A DNA stretch of 64,000 nucleotides, from NCBI RefSeq assembly GCF_963676685.1, contig NC_092356.1, positions 67,456,001-67,520,000 on the forward strand, written 5' to 3'. How positions within the stretch are numbered: position 1 is the first letter of the stretch; each line of letters starts with the position of its first letter. Positions 1 through 13,078 of the stretch are shown piece after piece. The translations under genes were made by a program, and so were the position numbers. The notes under the pieces were generated by a model that did no database searches, had not been told where the DNA came from, and saw nothing but the letters and a program-made list of their open reading frames with translations. Source of the stretch: Mytilus edulis. Lineage: Eukaryota.

Positions 1-984
1 CAGAAGTTTACATTTTGTCTTTTTGAGCGAAATAAATAGTTTTACCCTTTAATTTTTGCAGTTTTTTTCGAAATGGCCACCTCTAGGCGTCATTTTGAGC
101 GTGTTAGATAAGAAAACAGGAAAATGAGCAAGAGATCTATCATTATCACCTTTTTGATTTTGTCTAACGGGTGAAACGAGTATACTACTTCTTAAAAATT
201 AATACTAGTAACCTGATTTCACTTTATTATTGAAACATTCAGCCATGGAATTCCGGTATTTAAATATCCGTACATCAGCTTATTTTGCTATTTACAATGC
301 TACTTCAGAATGACTGAGACTGAGATGTAAAAGTAAAAAAGTCAGCTTAAACGCTCACAAAATTGTAAAATCATGGTGCGTTATTAATAAGCCGGTTCCA
401 AATTTAATCAACAGTAATTTAACGACATTCAATTCTGAAAAACAGACTAACAAGGGAATCGGTTGAACCTCAAAAGCTGTTCGTCGACAGTTGTTTATAC
501 ATAATTTTGTGTCAACCGGGAACCTTTGTTAATGGTATGATTTAGCTTAATTTTTATTGGATACGACGACCTTCTATTGGTAGATCACTTATTTGTCCTT
601 TAGTCTTTCATAGATAGTTAGTCTCACAAATTCATCCCCGATATTCTATATAATTACCACTTTTGAATTATTTAGTAAATTAGCAACCTGTATAGTGCGT
701 GGTGAATATCTATACTAACTGGGATATTTCTAAAGTGTTTAGTTCACGACAGATCTGAAATATACAGATTATGAGAATAAATACAAATTTACATATAAAT
801 GCATATAAATATTTCATTTTGTGGCAAATTATCTATATCATGTTTAATTACACTATTGCAAATAAATAAAAACAGTTAAATGACAACTCTGAATGTAAAC
901 AATTTGTTAATCAATACTAATGACAATTAATCACTAAAGTAAGTTGACCATTCGACTATATACAATACTATACAACATTGAATT

Positions 985-1170
985 TTAATTACACGAGAAG
1001 AACTTTTAAAAGCTGTTAAAAAGGCGAAGAATAATAAATCGCCTGGGGCAGATCAAATCATTAATGAATACAGTGCTTCATCTCTAGACAGTATGATTGA
1101 TATATACACACAATTGTTTAATCTTATTTTTGATACGGGTATATTGCCGGGAGCCTGGCTTATTGGTAAT
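985..1170 (+). mobile_element. Non-LTR retrotransposon (LINE A), fragment upstream of the RT core
   Basis: Reads ITREELLKAVKKAKNNKSPGADQIINEY and IDIYTQLFNLIFDTGILPGAWLIGN, the K-S-P-G-x-D and LFN...G..P..W motifs that precede LINE RT domain 1. Interrupted at about 1170. Confidence 0.8.
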
Positions 1171-3292
1171 CTATCTATCTATCTGTATATATCTTCTGCC
1201 AATTAAGACACACCTCCTGGAACCCGGAGTACGGTATATAAGAAATGTTACACTGAATATCCTCCACCAATATTTACAGTAGATCCGTAAGAATTTAGAC
1301 ACTGATAAAAGTTCTTTATCCACACAAAAAAACTTGTGTATGATTTAAAATCTAAAATTTATATTGTAAAATTGAATTTTAGATATTTATACATTGCATA
1401 GAGGTGATCTGACAGCACTATTAAAATGTCTTATATTTAATGCCGCATTTTCTATTCTTCTTCTTAGGCATAATGTTCAATAATTCATATCGCTTATGGT
1501 GCAGTCTGTATATAAGATGTCTGCACAGCGGTTCTAAATGAATGTTAATGTCATTAGTAAGCTCTAAATGTGCCGAGGTGATACAGTAGGCATAAGGATT
1601 CACTACGACAGTGAGAAGATCTACTTCTACAGCCAGATTATATTTAGCAAATAGCAAGCTACAAGTGTTGGTGATCTTTTCAAGAATATCTTTACGTACA
1701 TATTCAAGCCGGGTACAGCCTAGCAGAAAATGAGCAAGTGTCTCTTCACTACATTTGCATAGCATACAGACAACATCTATTTTGTTCTGATTAAAAGCGG
1801 CTCTATTTGTTTGGAGAATGTATGTGCCAGTTGCAATTTTTAATCGAACTGGTATCTTTGCAATATCTCTGATGTTTGCATCTACAGTTCCTGCTATAGG
1901 ATGACATTGTCGTATCTTATAAATCATTTCCAGATATGACAGTGTTGAATATAACTTAGATTCATCGTTAATGCGTTTTTCCCAATAGCTATTAACCTTT
2001 GTTGATATGAATTTTTTCCATAAAAATTTGGATAATGGAGTAATAATAAAACTGTAAGGATCATCAATGTCATATTTCAGGCAAAGCTTTTTTATCTCAA
2101 TGAACCAACTATTACTATTCATATTTTTAATACTCAGCTGTCTCTCTGCAATTCTCCATTCCATTGATGTATTCCCTGATCTACATATATTGCCAAACAA
2201 AGTGAATGCCCTTTTATGAATTTCAGCCTCTGCTGGTAGTTGACCTGATATGAGATATACAGCAGGATCTGCTACATTTGTAGTCAAAGATAGTATTTGC
2301 TTCAGCATCTTTTTGTATTGCTTATTGATTAGATCCAGATTTTTACCATTAGGAAGTAGTGTCTCCAATCCGTATAGCATAACTGGAATGATATATGTTT
2401 TAACTAAACTGATTGCTGTAACTGGATCTAATCCATTTTCGCCATGTAGGCCAGATGCCATTAAGCTATATAGAGATCTCCTTGCTTTTTTTTAAGGTTT
2501 TCTTCAATTGTGGCAGATGCAGAATCTTTAAAAGCTCTCTGAATGCCAATATGTGGGGTTTTGTCAACTACTGGTATCAGCCCAACATTCAAATCGAGAT
2601 CCATATCGTCAAATAATCTGTTTGATGTTTTAACAGGGAGGATGACACTCTTTGTTGGTTGTAAATGGTACCCTTCACGCTTGCTGTAATCGATATTGAC
2701 CATGGCTTGTAGGTTGTACGGATTATCGCTTACTAAGGCTATATCGTCGGCACAGGTGGGGGCACAGCATGATATAGACCCAATTTTTCCGCCAAGGTTA
2801 GAATCTTCAAGAAGGTTTAGTAGTTGATTTATATATATTTTATATAAGTCGGCGCTTAATGTCCACCTTGTCGTACACCTTGTTCGATATTGAAAGATTC
2901 TGAAAGCTGTCCATTCCATTTAATTTTGGTAGTTGCATTTGTATATAGACTATCTATAAGTAGTATTGATTGTTCCGATAGTCCGAGATGGTATAATTTC
3001 CGTATCATGTTGGAGTGACGAACCACATCAAAGGCAGACTTTGCATCAAGCATTCCTAGGATAGTTGTTTTCTTTAGATCCTTGTTCTCTCTTTCGAATT
3101 CATCTATCATAAGTGTAGCAATAAGTGGAGCAGAATTTTCGGTAAATCCTCGTTGAAGCGGGTTTTGTTGATCTAAAATTTGAGGATTAATACGGAATTT
3201 TAGTATGGTTTCAATAATTTTAGATATGGTTGGAGTGATGGTTATTCCTCTATAGTTTTTAGCGTCGAAAATATTTCCTTTATTTTTGAATT
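1171..3292 (-). mobile_element. 5'-truncated LINE (LINE B), frameshifted RT and C-terminal region, inserted antisense into LINE A
   Basis: Three staggered ORFs (2856-3308, 2461-2919, 1421-2461) contain NYRGI, LQRGF, LDAKSAFD, QGVRQGG, CADD and a terminal CxxC...ETLAHFLLGC. An (AGAT)n tail lies at about 1170-1185. Confidence 0.9.
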
Positions 3293-4557
3293 TTAAATAA
3301 TTTTTCACAGTATTGTAATAATTGGAAATTAAGAATCAATGTTAGCAAAACCAAAGTGATGGTTTTTACAAGAGGAAGAATATCCAATAATTTGAAATTT
3401 TGTATTGAAAAAGAAGAAATAGAGATAGTTAAACATTATAAATACCTTGGTGTTATTTTTTTCTAGAAATGCATCTTTTTTCGAAACTAGAAAATATTGA
3501 CGAGACCAAGCAACTAAGGGTATGTATAGTGTTATCAAGAAGACCAGATTGAATCACTTATCGATTGAATGCCAACTAGAAATGTTTGATAAACCTGTTG
3601 TACCCATTCTTCTATACGGGGCTGAAATTTGGGGATACGAAAATTTTGATATACTTGAGCGAGTTCATTTGAAATTCTGTAAGCACATTTTAAAATTTAA
3701 AAACTCGACTCCAAATTTTATGATTTATGGAGAACTTGGGAGATACCCCATTTCTTTATATGCAAAATTACGAATGATCAATTTTAGGTGTCGCCTTCTT
3801 GATAATACAAATGAAAATAAATTATCCTGTATACTATATAAATTACTATACATTAATTATAACAATTATGGTATTGGAAATAAATGGATTTTATGTATTA
3901 AGAAAATTTTTGATGAATGTGGCATGTCAAATGTATGGCATTGCCAAGATTATTTTAACAAAAAATGGATAAAATTAAGTATTGAGCAAAAGCTTAATGA
4001 CCAATTTCGACAAAATTGGTGTGCAGATTTACACCAATCTTCAAAAGGTTTATGTTATAAAATTTTCAAGACTGAATTTAAATTTGAAAAGTATTTGTCG
4101 ACTTTGCCTTTTAATTTTTTATATACTTTGTGTAAATTTAGATGCGGAAATCATCATTTGCCAGTGGAGACAGGAAGGTGGCAAACTATTCCGAGATCGG
4201 AAAGGTCTTGTAATCTCTGTAGCTCTAAATATATTGGCGTTGAATTTCCCTACATTATGTCATGCAATTGTTTTAACATAGAAAGAGAAAAATATTTACC
4301 ACACTATTGTAACAAATGCAAACATTAGTAAATTTTAAAATGCATTCTCATCTGAAAAAGTTGTAGAACTAGAAAAATTGTGTAGATTTATACGATATAT
4401 ATCATTGAAAGTCTGTCCTCCTGGTTAGAGGAACTGTAATATTATTATAATGTTATTTATTTTCACACATGCGAAACAAAGATATGTATTATATATGAAC
4501 TGTTATTATCTCTGTAGCTATGTACTAGTTTATGAGAATAAAATCATTCATTCATTC
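3293..4557 (+). mobile_element. LINE A 3' portion (RT thumb, C-terminal region, 3' UTR, tail)
   Basis: YCNNWKLRINVSKTKVMVF, YKYLGV, PILLYGAEIWG, YGELGRYP, KFRCGNHHLPVETGRW, CNLC. Ends AATAAAAT(CATT)n at about 4537-4557. Confidence 0.85.
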
Positions 4558-7500
4558 GAAAGTTAATTACAGGTAAATAAGAAAATATAAATTTTGAAAT
4601 GCAATTAGCAAAGTAAATGAAACTAAATAAAATATTTAAGACAATCATATTTAACCATAGATTAATTAGAAAAAAACCTGAGATGTAAAAAACTAATAAT
4701 GCTGGCTATGGCTCGTAATGTTGTATCTGGTGTTACTTATTTTGCATTGACGATATAGTTAAAATTACAGTAAAAAGGTGAACTGTTAAACTAGACAGAT
4801 CCAAATAAAACAACTATTAAGAAAAGTAGTGTGTCCATTAGCCAGTGGTGAGTAAATATAAAAGAACCTACATAGGGTATTTTAATTCATTGGACTTCTC
4901 CACTTGTCAAATATATATCATACTGATAAATGAAGGAGATTTCAATATTATCATAAGTCTTGTTTAATTATATCGGTGTTTTTATTTAAATGAAAGAGAT
5001 TTCAATATTATCATAAGTCTTGTTTAATTATATCGGTGTCTTCATCTTTAGCGGTATATTTTTACATTACAATAAAGCGCGGAGGTTTGGCAAGCCAAAT
5101 AACCAGGTTCAACCCATAATTTTGTCTTAAAAAGTACTGTGCAAAGTCAGAAATATGGGAGTTATTATCTAATAGTTCGTTTCTATGTATGTTGCATTGT
5201 CGTTTGTTTTTTGTTGCACTTGTTCTGTTGTTTCGTTGTTTTTCTCTTATATTTTATGTGTTTCCCTCTGTTTGAGTATGTAACCCGTATTTAGTTTTTT
5301 TTCTCAATCGATTTATGACTTTTGAACAGCGGCATACTACTGTTGCCTTTATTTGAATGATACAATATTATAATTATATATAACAATGTTATGGATTCTT
5401 ACTATCAATATAATTAAGAGTATATTTCACTGAAGAAAAAACAATAACAATGTGCAAACAAAAAAGTAACTTTGTGCGTTTATAATTAACGAATATGACT
5501 CTTTTTCTGTCTCAAATTATACTTTATATCTACCGTATCCATACAGTAAATATGTATGTTATTGTTATACAATTAAAATTGATTGTGTCTGCATTCAAAG
5601 TTAGCCAATACTTTAAGCTGAACCAAACTGCTTTCTGAAACATGCTTTATATGTTCATGAATTCAATTTTATTTCACGTTTAAATTTAAATTTGTTAAAG
5701 GATACGTTTAATGCATTCTTTTGGTAAGTGTGCAAACTAATTGAAATGCTTAAACAATATTGTTGAGAAATCATATCTTACCTTACCCACAATATAGGTT
5801 AAAGACCGTATAGGAATAAGTTCTGCTTAGAGACGCACGACAAAGAAAATCAAAAACGCGGTGAAACTATAATTACTATAAGAACGGTAAAGAACCTGAC
5901 TCGCACAAGCCTTGTCTCTGTAAAATAATTAACCAATGTACAGGATATATAAAGTTATATTTTTTACAAAGAGTAGAATGTGCTTAGTTGGTAGATTGAT
6001 TGTTTGATTGATTGGTAGTTAACGTTCAGTGGTAAATATTTCATGCATGTTAAGAACGAGTACAACTTAACAGTTAATACAATAGGTAGGTCCTGTATTA
6101 GAGAACACCCGGGATGAAGGTCGGGGAAATTTAGTTAGCCACTGGTAAATAAGGGGGAAATTAAATAGAGACTAAATTTGAACATTGCAACAGGCCAACT
6201 ATGGACCATCGAAAGAACTGTTATAAAAGGTTGTAACGTAAAGAGAGCGTGACACTCTATCTTCACGAGGTATTGAATGTTACGTCCCTAATTGACCGAC
6301 CGAACTTATACATCCCACACATTCAAACAGAAGCCCCACTTTGGCAAGGGTTTTACTGCCGGTCAGAAGAAGACTTGAAGTAGCCATATTCACCAACCCT
6401 TTGGAGTTCAGTTGGTATAGACTTGTATTTTTCGTGTTTCAGTAACACAATTTTTATATTGTAAATATTATTGGCCAAGTTCGATCGTAATCTCAGGAAG
6501 CGTATCTGTGCATGTCTAGTTGACAAATATGGTACCACTTTTGTTTAGTTAATATGGAGAGTTTAATAAAAAAGAAATGTGTACGTTTGGAAAATGTGCA
6601 TTTTCAGAATATGATGCATTATGGGTATTATTTGTAAAGCGTACACCAAAACGTTCTGATTGGTTTACAAAATCATTAACAACGTAATGTTATTTTCATT
6701 TTGGTGTAGAAACATCTTTTAGGTTTCCATAAGGCAAGTTGTAACATGCTACAGATTATGTGTGTTTACTCCTAAAATTTAATATGACAGGAATATGACA
6801 GTTAATTTTCCTCGGAACTCAGTATTTTTGTGTTGTTTCTTTGACTCCTAAAATTTGAGACTTGAAATAGCTATTGATTTTGTATCTATATATAAACTTA
6901 GGAAGAGGTGGTATGATTGCAAATGAAACAGCTTCCTACAAGAGACCAAAATGACACAGAAATTAATAACTATATGTCAGCATACGGCGTACAACAATAA
7001 GTAAAACCAATACCGCATAGTCAGCGATAAAAGGCCACAGAATGACGAATGTCAAACAATTAAAACTAACGGCCTAATTTGTGTAAAAAAATGAACCACC
7101 ACAAATATGTAACACATTAATAAACACCAACCACTAAATAACAGGCATCTGGCTCGGGACCGGCACACACGGAATGTTGGAGGGTTAAGGATGTTTGAAC
7201 ATGCGCCAATCCTCCCCAAACTTGGTTAAGTTTTGTAACAGTTCAACATAAGAACTAGACAAATCAGTTGAAAAGGGTTTCACTCATCAGACAGATACAT
7301 ATCAGAAATACATCTAACAAAAACACAGAGTGGCAGGGTACATCCTGACAACAAAACACACAAAACAGAGTTCTTAGAGTACTCGCAGTTACTGACAGCT
7401 AATTCAAAGCCAATAACAAGTAATAAAAAGCATGCATCTAAGACTAAAACATCAATCAGTACACATCCAACATCAAATGGATTAAGTGTACGTTCTACAC

Positions 7501-8118
7501 CTACATGTACGTCAGATGACAACCCAATTGATCAATTCAAAAGTAATGTATATGAAATGTACTAAATTATGCATCATTCCTTTAGACTAAATTTAGATTA
7601 TATTTCAATATAAAGACAAAAAAGTATAAAACAAGTATAAGATTAGCTTAAATGTGGATGAAATTTCGGAAAACGGAAACTGTTTAAAATGTATAAGATA
7701 TATGATATACATGATATGAGCCGAACATAGGGATTGCAATATGTTTTCTTATTTATAACAAAAGGCCAGATGAAATTCGAGACATTATACTTATATCATA
7801 TTAAATCGGTACAATCTAATCTGCTGCCCTATTTTATAACACATATGTAGTTGATCATCTTTCCAATAAGACATTCTAATAATTTTAAATAGCTTTAAAT
7901 CATATGTCTACAAAGTAGCGCAATGAAGGTGTATATAGTAAGTTTCCAAAATCATTAGTGTATTCAAATAAACTATTCTAATTCCATATATATGTATATT
8001 TATTAATTTTTTTATTCATTTATAATTTTTTGTTTGCATAATTATATAATTTAGTTTATGACTTTTCATTTATAACTACGCAGATACACTGTTAAGTAAC
8101 AACGCTTTTTCTATTCAG

Positions 8119-8349
8119 AGACTCCAAATATTGCACAGCACAAACAAACACAACAGTCGAGTTTATTTGAAAACCAAAGCAGGTTTATAGCTAACACGGT
8201 AGTTGATGGTATTTACAAACAAGACCTTGACGAATTAGATGCACGGTGTTCACATACATCTCTTGAGCTTCAGCCTTGGTGGGCAGTTGACCTCGGAGCT
8301 GTTTGCAGTATTCACACCGTAGTAGTCTTTGGGAGAACAGACTGCTGTG
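8119..8349 (+). CDS. Gene 1 exon: F-type lectin (fucolectin/FTP) domain, N-terminal half
   Basis: Acceptor tttttctattcag, donor G|gtacgt (phase 1). Translates TPNIAQHKQTQQSS...VVDG...RCSHTSLELQPWWAVDLGAVCSIHTVVVFGRTDCC. Absent from the ORF track. Confidence 0.9.
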
Positions 8350-8409
8350 GTACGTCTTTTCAAATTAATTCAGGCAAGGCTATTATTGTAATAGGTATAA
8401 AAATTAGTT

Positions 8410-8582
8410 TTCCCGTTTGAATGGTTTTACACTAGTAATTGTGGGGCCCGTTATAGCTTGTTGTTCGGTGTGAGCCAAGGCTCCATGTTGAAGGCCTTAC
8501 ATTGACCTATAATGGTTCATTTTATATATTGTTATTTGGATGGAGAGCTGTCTAATTGACACTCATACAACATCTTCCTATA
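8410..8582 (+). repeat. Dispersed SINE-like repeat (other copies at about 41155-41345 minus, 46762-46935, 61730-61905)
   Basis: Shared core GTGTGAGCCAAGGCTCC.TGTTGAAGGCC.TACATTGACCTATAATG...GGAGAG.TGTCT.ATTG.CACTCA.ACCACATCTT. Confidence 0.8.
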
Positions 8583-9796
8583 GCAATCAACATACATACA
8601 AGGATTTACAATAGTTGACTCTATACATTTTAATACCCAATTTTTAAACATACCGTGTTTATACGCGCTATAAATGGTCAAACTCACTGTTGTATTAAGC
8701 GTTCAGTAACAAATTCGATGTGCTGCGGTTGTGAGCCTCTTTGTGGTATTGAAACAAACATACTTTTGAAGTAAGAACTGAAAAGGTCGTCTGATATTGT
8801 TAAATTGTCTTCGCAAGCTTTTAGACTAATTTTGTGACGGTGTATGTTCGTGATTACAGCTGTTGACGGTGCAATTAAAATGAGTTTCGTGAATAAGTCA
8901 GATGCGCTTTTCTGGATTAACCTTATCAGGAACGCCCAAATCAAATATATGAAGGTTAGGAATGTATAAATACGTAGAAAAAATTATTAGTTTTAACATT
9001 GCCATTAGGCGCAAGGTTTGACTAGCCATAAAACCAGGGTCATCCCACCATTTTTTCTTGAAATATCCTTTACTTAGTCAGGGAATGGCAATTGTTTGTT
9101 ATCTTATAGTTCGTTTCTGTGTATGTTTGTATTGGCGTTTGTTTTTGTTGCACCTCTGTGTTTTTTATTGTTCCGTTGCTTTCCTTTTATAGTTGATGTG
9201 TTTCCCTCGGTTTTAGTTTGTTACCCGGATTTGTTTTCTCTCAGTTGATTGAGAAATGTGAAGTGCAGTATACAACTGATGCCTTCATTTATCTATTTTT
9301 GTTCTCGGCTACACAGTTTGATAAAAAAAGTTTTGTTATCCTATTTGCTTGGGAAGACCTTTGAAACGTGTGCTGTAATAATATCAGTAGGACGAGTGGT
9401 AAGTGTTGTGGCGATATTTAGATAGGTGCACTGTTATAGTAGATATAATATTTGTGTTAGCCATACAAATTGCTTGCCCTATTTTGGGAGGTCCTAATTT
9501 GGCTTCAAAGCATACCAGAGTAACAAACAAAGAAATGACATTCAAAAGAAGAAATTTCAAGACAAACGACCCCCTCCTTTTCCAAAATTAAAAAATCAAA
9601 ATTCAAGAGGACAGTACAGGTAAAAATATAAGCCCCGAAAGTAGAGTTCTCAGAAAAGTCATTTTTAAAAATGTATTGTGGGTTATTGGTGTTGTTATTA
9701 GTAGTTCCCTGGAAGTTTTCTATTAGAGCGAGCAGCAAAAAATTTCAAAATACTAAAACTTTGCTTTAATGATCAATTAATCCCCTACCAATTAAA

Positions 9797-10443
9797 TTAA
9801 AGTACAAATATAAGTAAGAACAAATATAAGTAAGAACAAATATAAGTAAGAACAAATATAAGTAAGAACAAATATAAGTAACCATAAATATAAGTAAGAA
9901 AAATGTAGGTAAAAACAAATATAAGTAAGTACAAAATTAAAGAAAAAACAATTATAAGTAGTTACAAATATAGGTAAGAACAAATATAAGTAAGAACAAA
10001 TATAAGTAAGTACAACTATAAGTAACCGTAAATATAAGTAAGTATCATAAGTCAGCACAAATATAGGTAAGTACAAATATAAGTAAGTACAAATATAAGT
10101 AAGTACACATATAAGTACAAATGTAAGTAGGAACAAATAGAAGTAAGTACACATATTAGTAGGTACAAATATAAGTAAGTATCATAAGTCAGTACAAATA
10201 TAGGTAAGTACAAATATAAGTAAGAACAAATATAATTAAGTAAGTACAAATATAAGTAGGAACAAATATAAGTACAAATATAAGTACAAATATAAGTAAG
10301 TACAAATATAAATAAGTATAAATGTAAGTAAGAACAAATAAAAGTTAGTACAATTATAAGTACAAATAAACGTTAGAACAAATAAAATTTAGTACAATTA
10401 AAAGTACAAATAAACGTTAGAACAAATCTAAGTAAGTACAAAT
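9797..10443. repeat. 16-bp minisatellite (TAAGTAAG[T/A]ACAAATA)n, intronic
   Basis: Directly visible tandem units with no spacers. Confidence 0.95.
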
Positions 10444-10562
10444 ATTATTAGTTACTAGTGTGCTAGTGACCAAATACGGTGCATATGGGGTCAGTAAATT
10501 CTATGTGGGATTTACTGACCACATATATACCGTATTACGTCACTAGCACATTATGTAACGAA

Positions 10563-11013
10563 TTTATCTTACCGACTATCTTAACGTGTGAAATTTAGAC
10601 TAGTGACCTATCAGAATGAGCAAGTCTTCGATACTGTTAGAATTTAATAAGAAACTACTTCCATTGATCCTACAAAAACACATGCAAACATGAACATCTT
10701 GTTAGGTTTAAATGTGTTTTATGAATTTATTTCCATCGTACTCATCAATTTCTTCGTCTGTTGAAACCGTTAAGATTTTTCTCAGTACCGTTTTGTTTTT
10801 ATAAAGGGACGTAGCACCACTACTAACCGTGTATGAAATAAGCCCTGCCTCCCTTCTTACCTATTTTAGAATATAAAGGGACGTAACACCACTACTAACC
10901 GTGTATGAGATAAGCCCCGCCTCCCTACTAACCTAACATCAAATATGCACGGTTTGCACGCGGACGCTTCATGACCAATCATATTCCTAGAAATGTATAG
11001 GAGGTAAGATAAA
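10563..11013. mobile_element. MITE-like insertion splitting the 16-bp minisatellite
   Basis: Inverted termini TTTATCTTACC / GGTAAGATAAA and an internal direct repeat of about 50 bp (10801 and 10874). Confidence 0.5.
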
Positions 11014-11309
11014 AGTAGTTACAAATATAAGTAAGAACAAATATAGACGAGAACAAATAGGTAAGTACAAGTATAAGTAACCATAAATATAAGTAAGTGC
11101 GAATATAAGTATGTACAAATATAAGTAAGTGCAAATATAATTATGTACAAATATAAGTAAGTACAAATATAAGTAAATACAAATATAAGTAAGAACAAAT
11201 ATAAGTTAGTTCAAATATAAGTAAGTACAAATACAAATTAGTTCAAATATAAGTGAGAACAAATATAAGTAAGTACAAATATAAGTAAGTACAAATATAA
11301 ACAAGTACA
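11014..11309. repeat. 16-bp minisatellite, second block
   Basis: Same unit as 9797-10443. Confidence 0.95.
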
Positions 11310-11401
11310 ACGTTTACTCAACTATTCACATTATATATGTATACATACTAATTATTTAGTTATAACAAGAGCATTATCCAAACTATATGGTATATTTTCA
11401 G

Positions 11402-11653
11402 TTGAACGCTTGTCAAACTTCAGCATTGACGCAATACGACCATGCAACAACCATTCTGGATGGTTCGATAATAGTTTAACCACACGTTGTTCTTATCAAG
11501 ATGAGGCAACAATATATGCAGAACACAGATGTCGCCTGGACACCATTGGTAGATATGTGCGAATACAAATCCACAAGTTGACAGAGGAATATCTAACCTT
11601 ATGTGAAGTCGAGGTTCATGGAACAATTGTTAACGTATCTGATGACACTAAGT
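11402..11653 (+). CDS. Gene 1 exon: F-type lectin domain, C-terminal half
   Basis: Acceptor attttcag, donor T|gtatgt (phase 1). Translates (V)ERLSNFSI...C...IGRYVRIQ...YLTLCEVEVHG, the canonical FTP C-terminus. Confidence 0.9.
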
Positions 11654-12465
11654 GTATGTTATAATTTAATGTTGGATGTAACACGTCTTCTGATTGGTCT
11701 AGCATTTTTTTGCCTAGGAAATAACCAAAAAATGTGTTGCTCACTTTTAAACATCAATACTAACGGTTCCAATTTTTCTGTACCAAATGCGTCTTCCGCC
11801 ATTTAATGTCTATTATATAAAGCTTGTGTTAAAAGAAATACGAAAATCCAAAAAATGAAAAGCTTATAAAGTAGGAAGAACATAAGTATAGCCAAAAAGC
11901 CGGACCACAGAATCAGAGCTTTGCACGAGGAAGATATATTTTGAAACAGCAATTTTTAATAACACAATATCAGTATAATATGGAAATTTCACTTACACGT
12001 GCTATTTACAGATATATGACACTTCATAAATAGGATAAAATAAAATAAAAAAAAAAAAAAAACTTTTCAGTGTTTTATTTTTATATTCCTTTTTTCAGAT
12101 TCCTTACCATTGACATATTGCAGTTAATAAGATTAAAATATGGGTTCTCATTATAGCAATTACTTTAACAAATGTTAACTGTTTACCGTTTCTGATCACG
12201 TCACGACAAGTTCCAACGATTGCAAACACAAATTATTGATCTTAATAATAACAATGACAAACAGTTGCGAATCATTTGACTTTATCATAAGATCGATATA
12301 GTTATTAATAATTACACTAAAAGGAAATAGTGTTAACATTGCAGCATGTCCCTTGTAGTCAAGGTCGCCATCACTTTTTGTTGATAATTTAAATGCATTT
12401 ATTTCAATTTAACGTTGATACTAAATTCTGTCACAGCTTTTTGACGAAAATACCAAAAGGAAATA

Positions 12466-12523
12466 CAGTCGAACCGAACCGAGTGTTTGACACAACCGAG
12501 TTCGACTGAACGAGGTTCGACTG
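12466..12523. mobile_element. 58-bp Tigger/pogo-type mini-MITE
   Basis: TA|CAGTCGAACC...GGTTCGACTG|TA. Confidence 0.75.
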
Positions 12524-12695
12524 TATATCCCTACACTGGGCACCAGAGTGTACTATTTACAAGAACATATTGAAAGTTTGAAACCCACAAAAAGGCTTCG
12601 TTAACTTATGAACTTCTCACAAACATGTTTTAATATCAAATATGTTCAATCAATATAACAACAGTTATGAATAATATTATCTGTTATTACCATAG

Positions 12696-13078
12696 CAACA
12701 GCTGCTACTTGTGATGAATCAACAAATACCATATCATCATCTTTAACAGGACAGGAAGAACGATCGGTCATAATTCCTCCACAAAATAACACTCGGTGCT
12801 TCTGTTCTTGTGAACAAAAACAGCAAACAAACGTAAATACTCATTTGGATGTTCACGCGAATGAAATAACTCCATTAGATATTCTTGTAACCAGAATCAA
12901 ACAAGAACTAACAATTGATAAGAAAAACACATCTGAATATAAGAGATCTAAAACCTCACAACGAGACACACGTTTGTCGTCCATTTGTATTGGTGTTATT
13001 GGCAGTGGTATTATTGCAGTTCCAGTTATATCTATAATCACATGTGATATTATGAACTGGTTTGCTCAGTGGAATTGA
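12696..13078 (+). CDS. Gene 1 last exon: short S/T linker, CxCxC, conserved juxtamembrane module, TM helix, 9-aa tail
   Basis: Acceptor ttattaccatag, phase 1, in frame with ORF 12845-13078. RCFCSC...LTIDKKNTSEYKRSKTSQRDTRLSSICIGVIGSGIIAVPVISIITCD. AATAAA at about 13181 and 13236. Confidence 0.8.

Noticed and set aside
4699-4853. ATG at 4699 and donor gtgagt near 4848 as the first coding exon of gene 1
   Set aside because: The ATG frames stop before the donor. At most an unverified non-coding exon.
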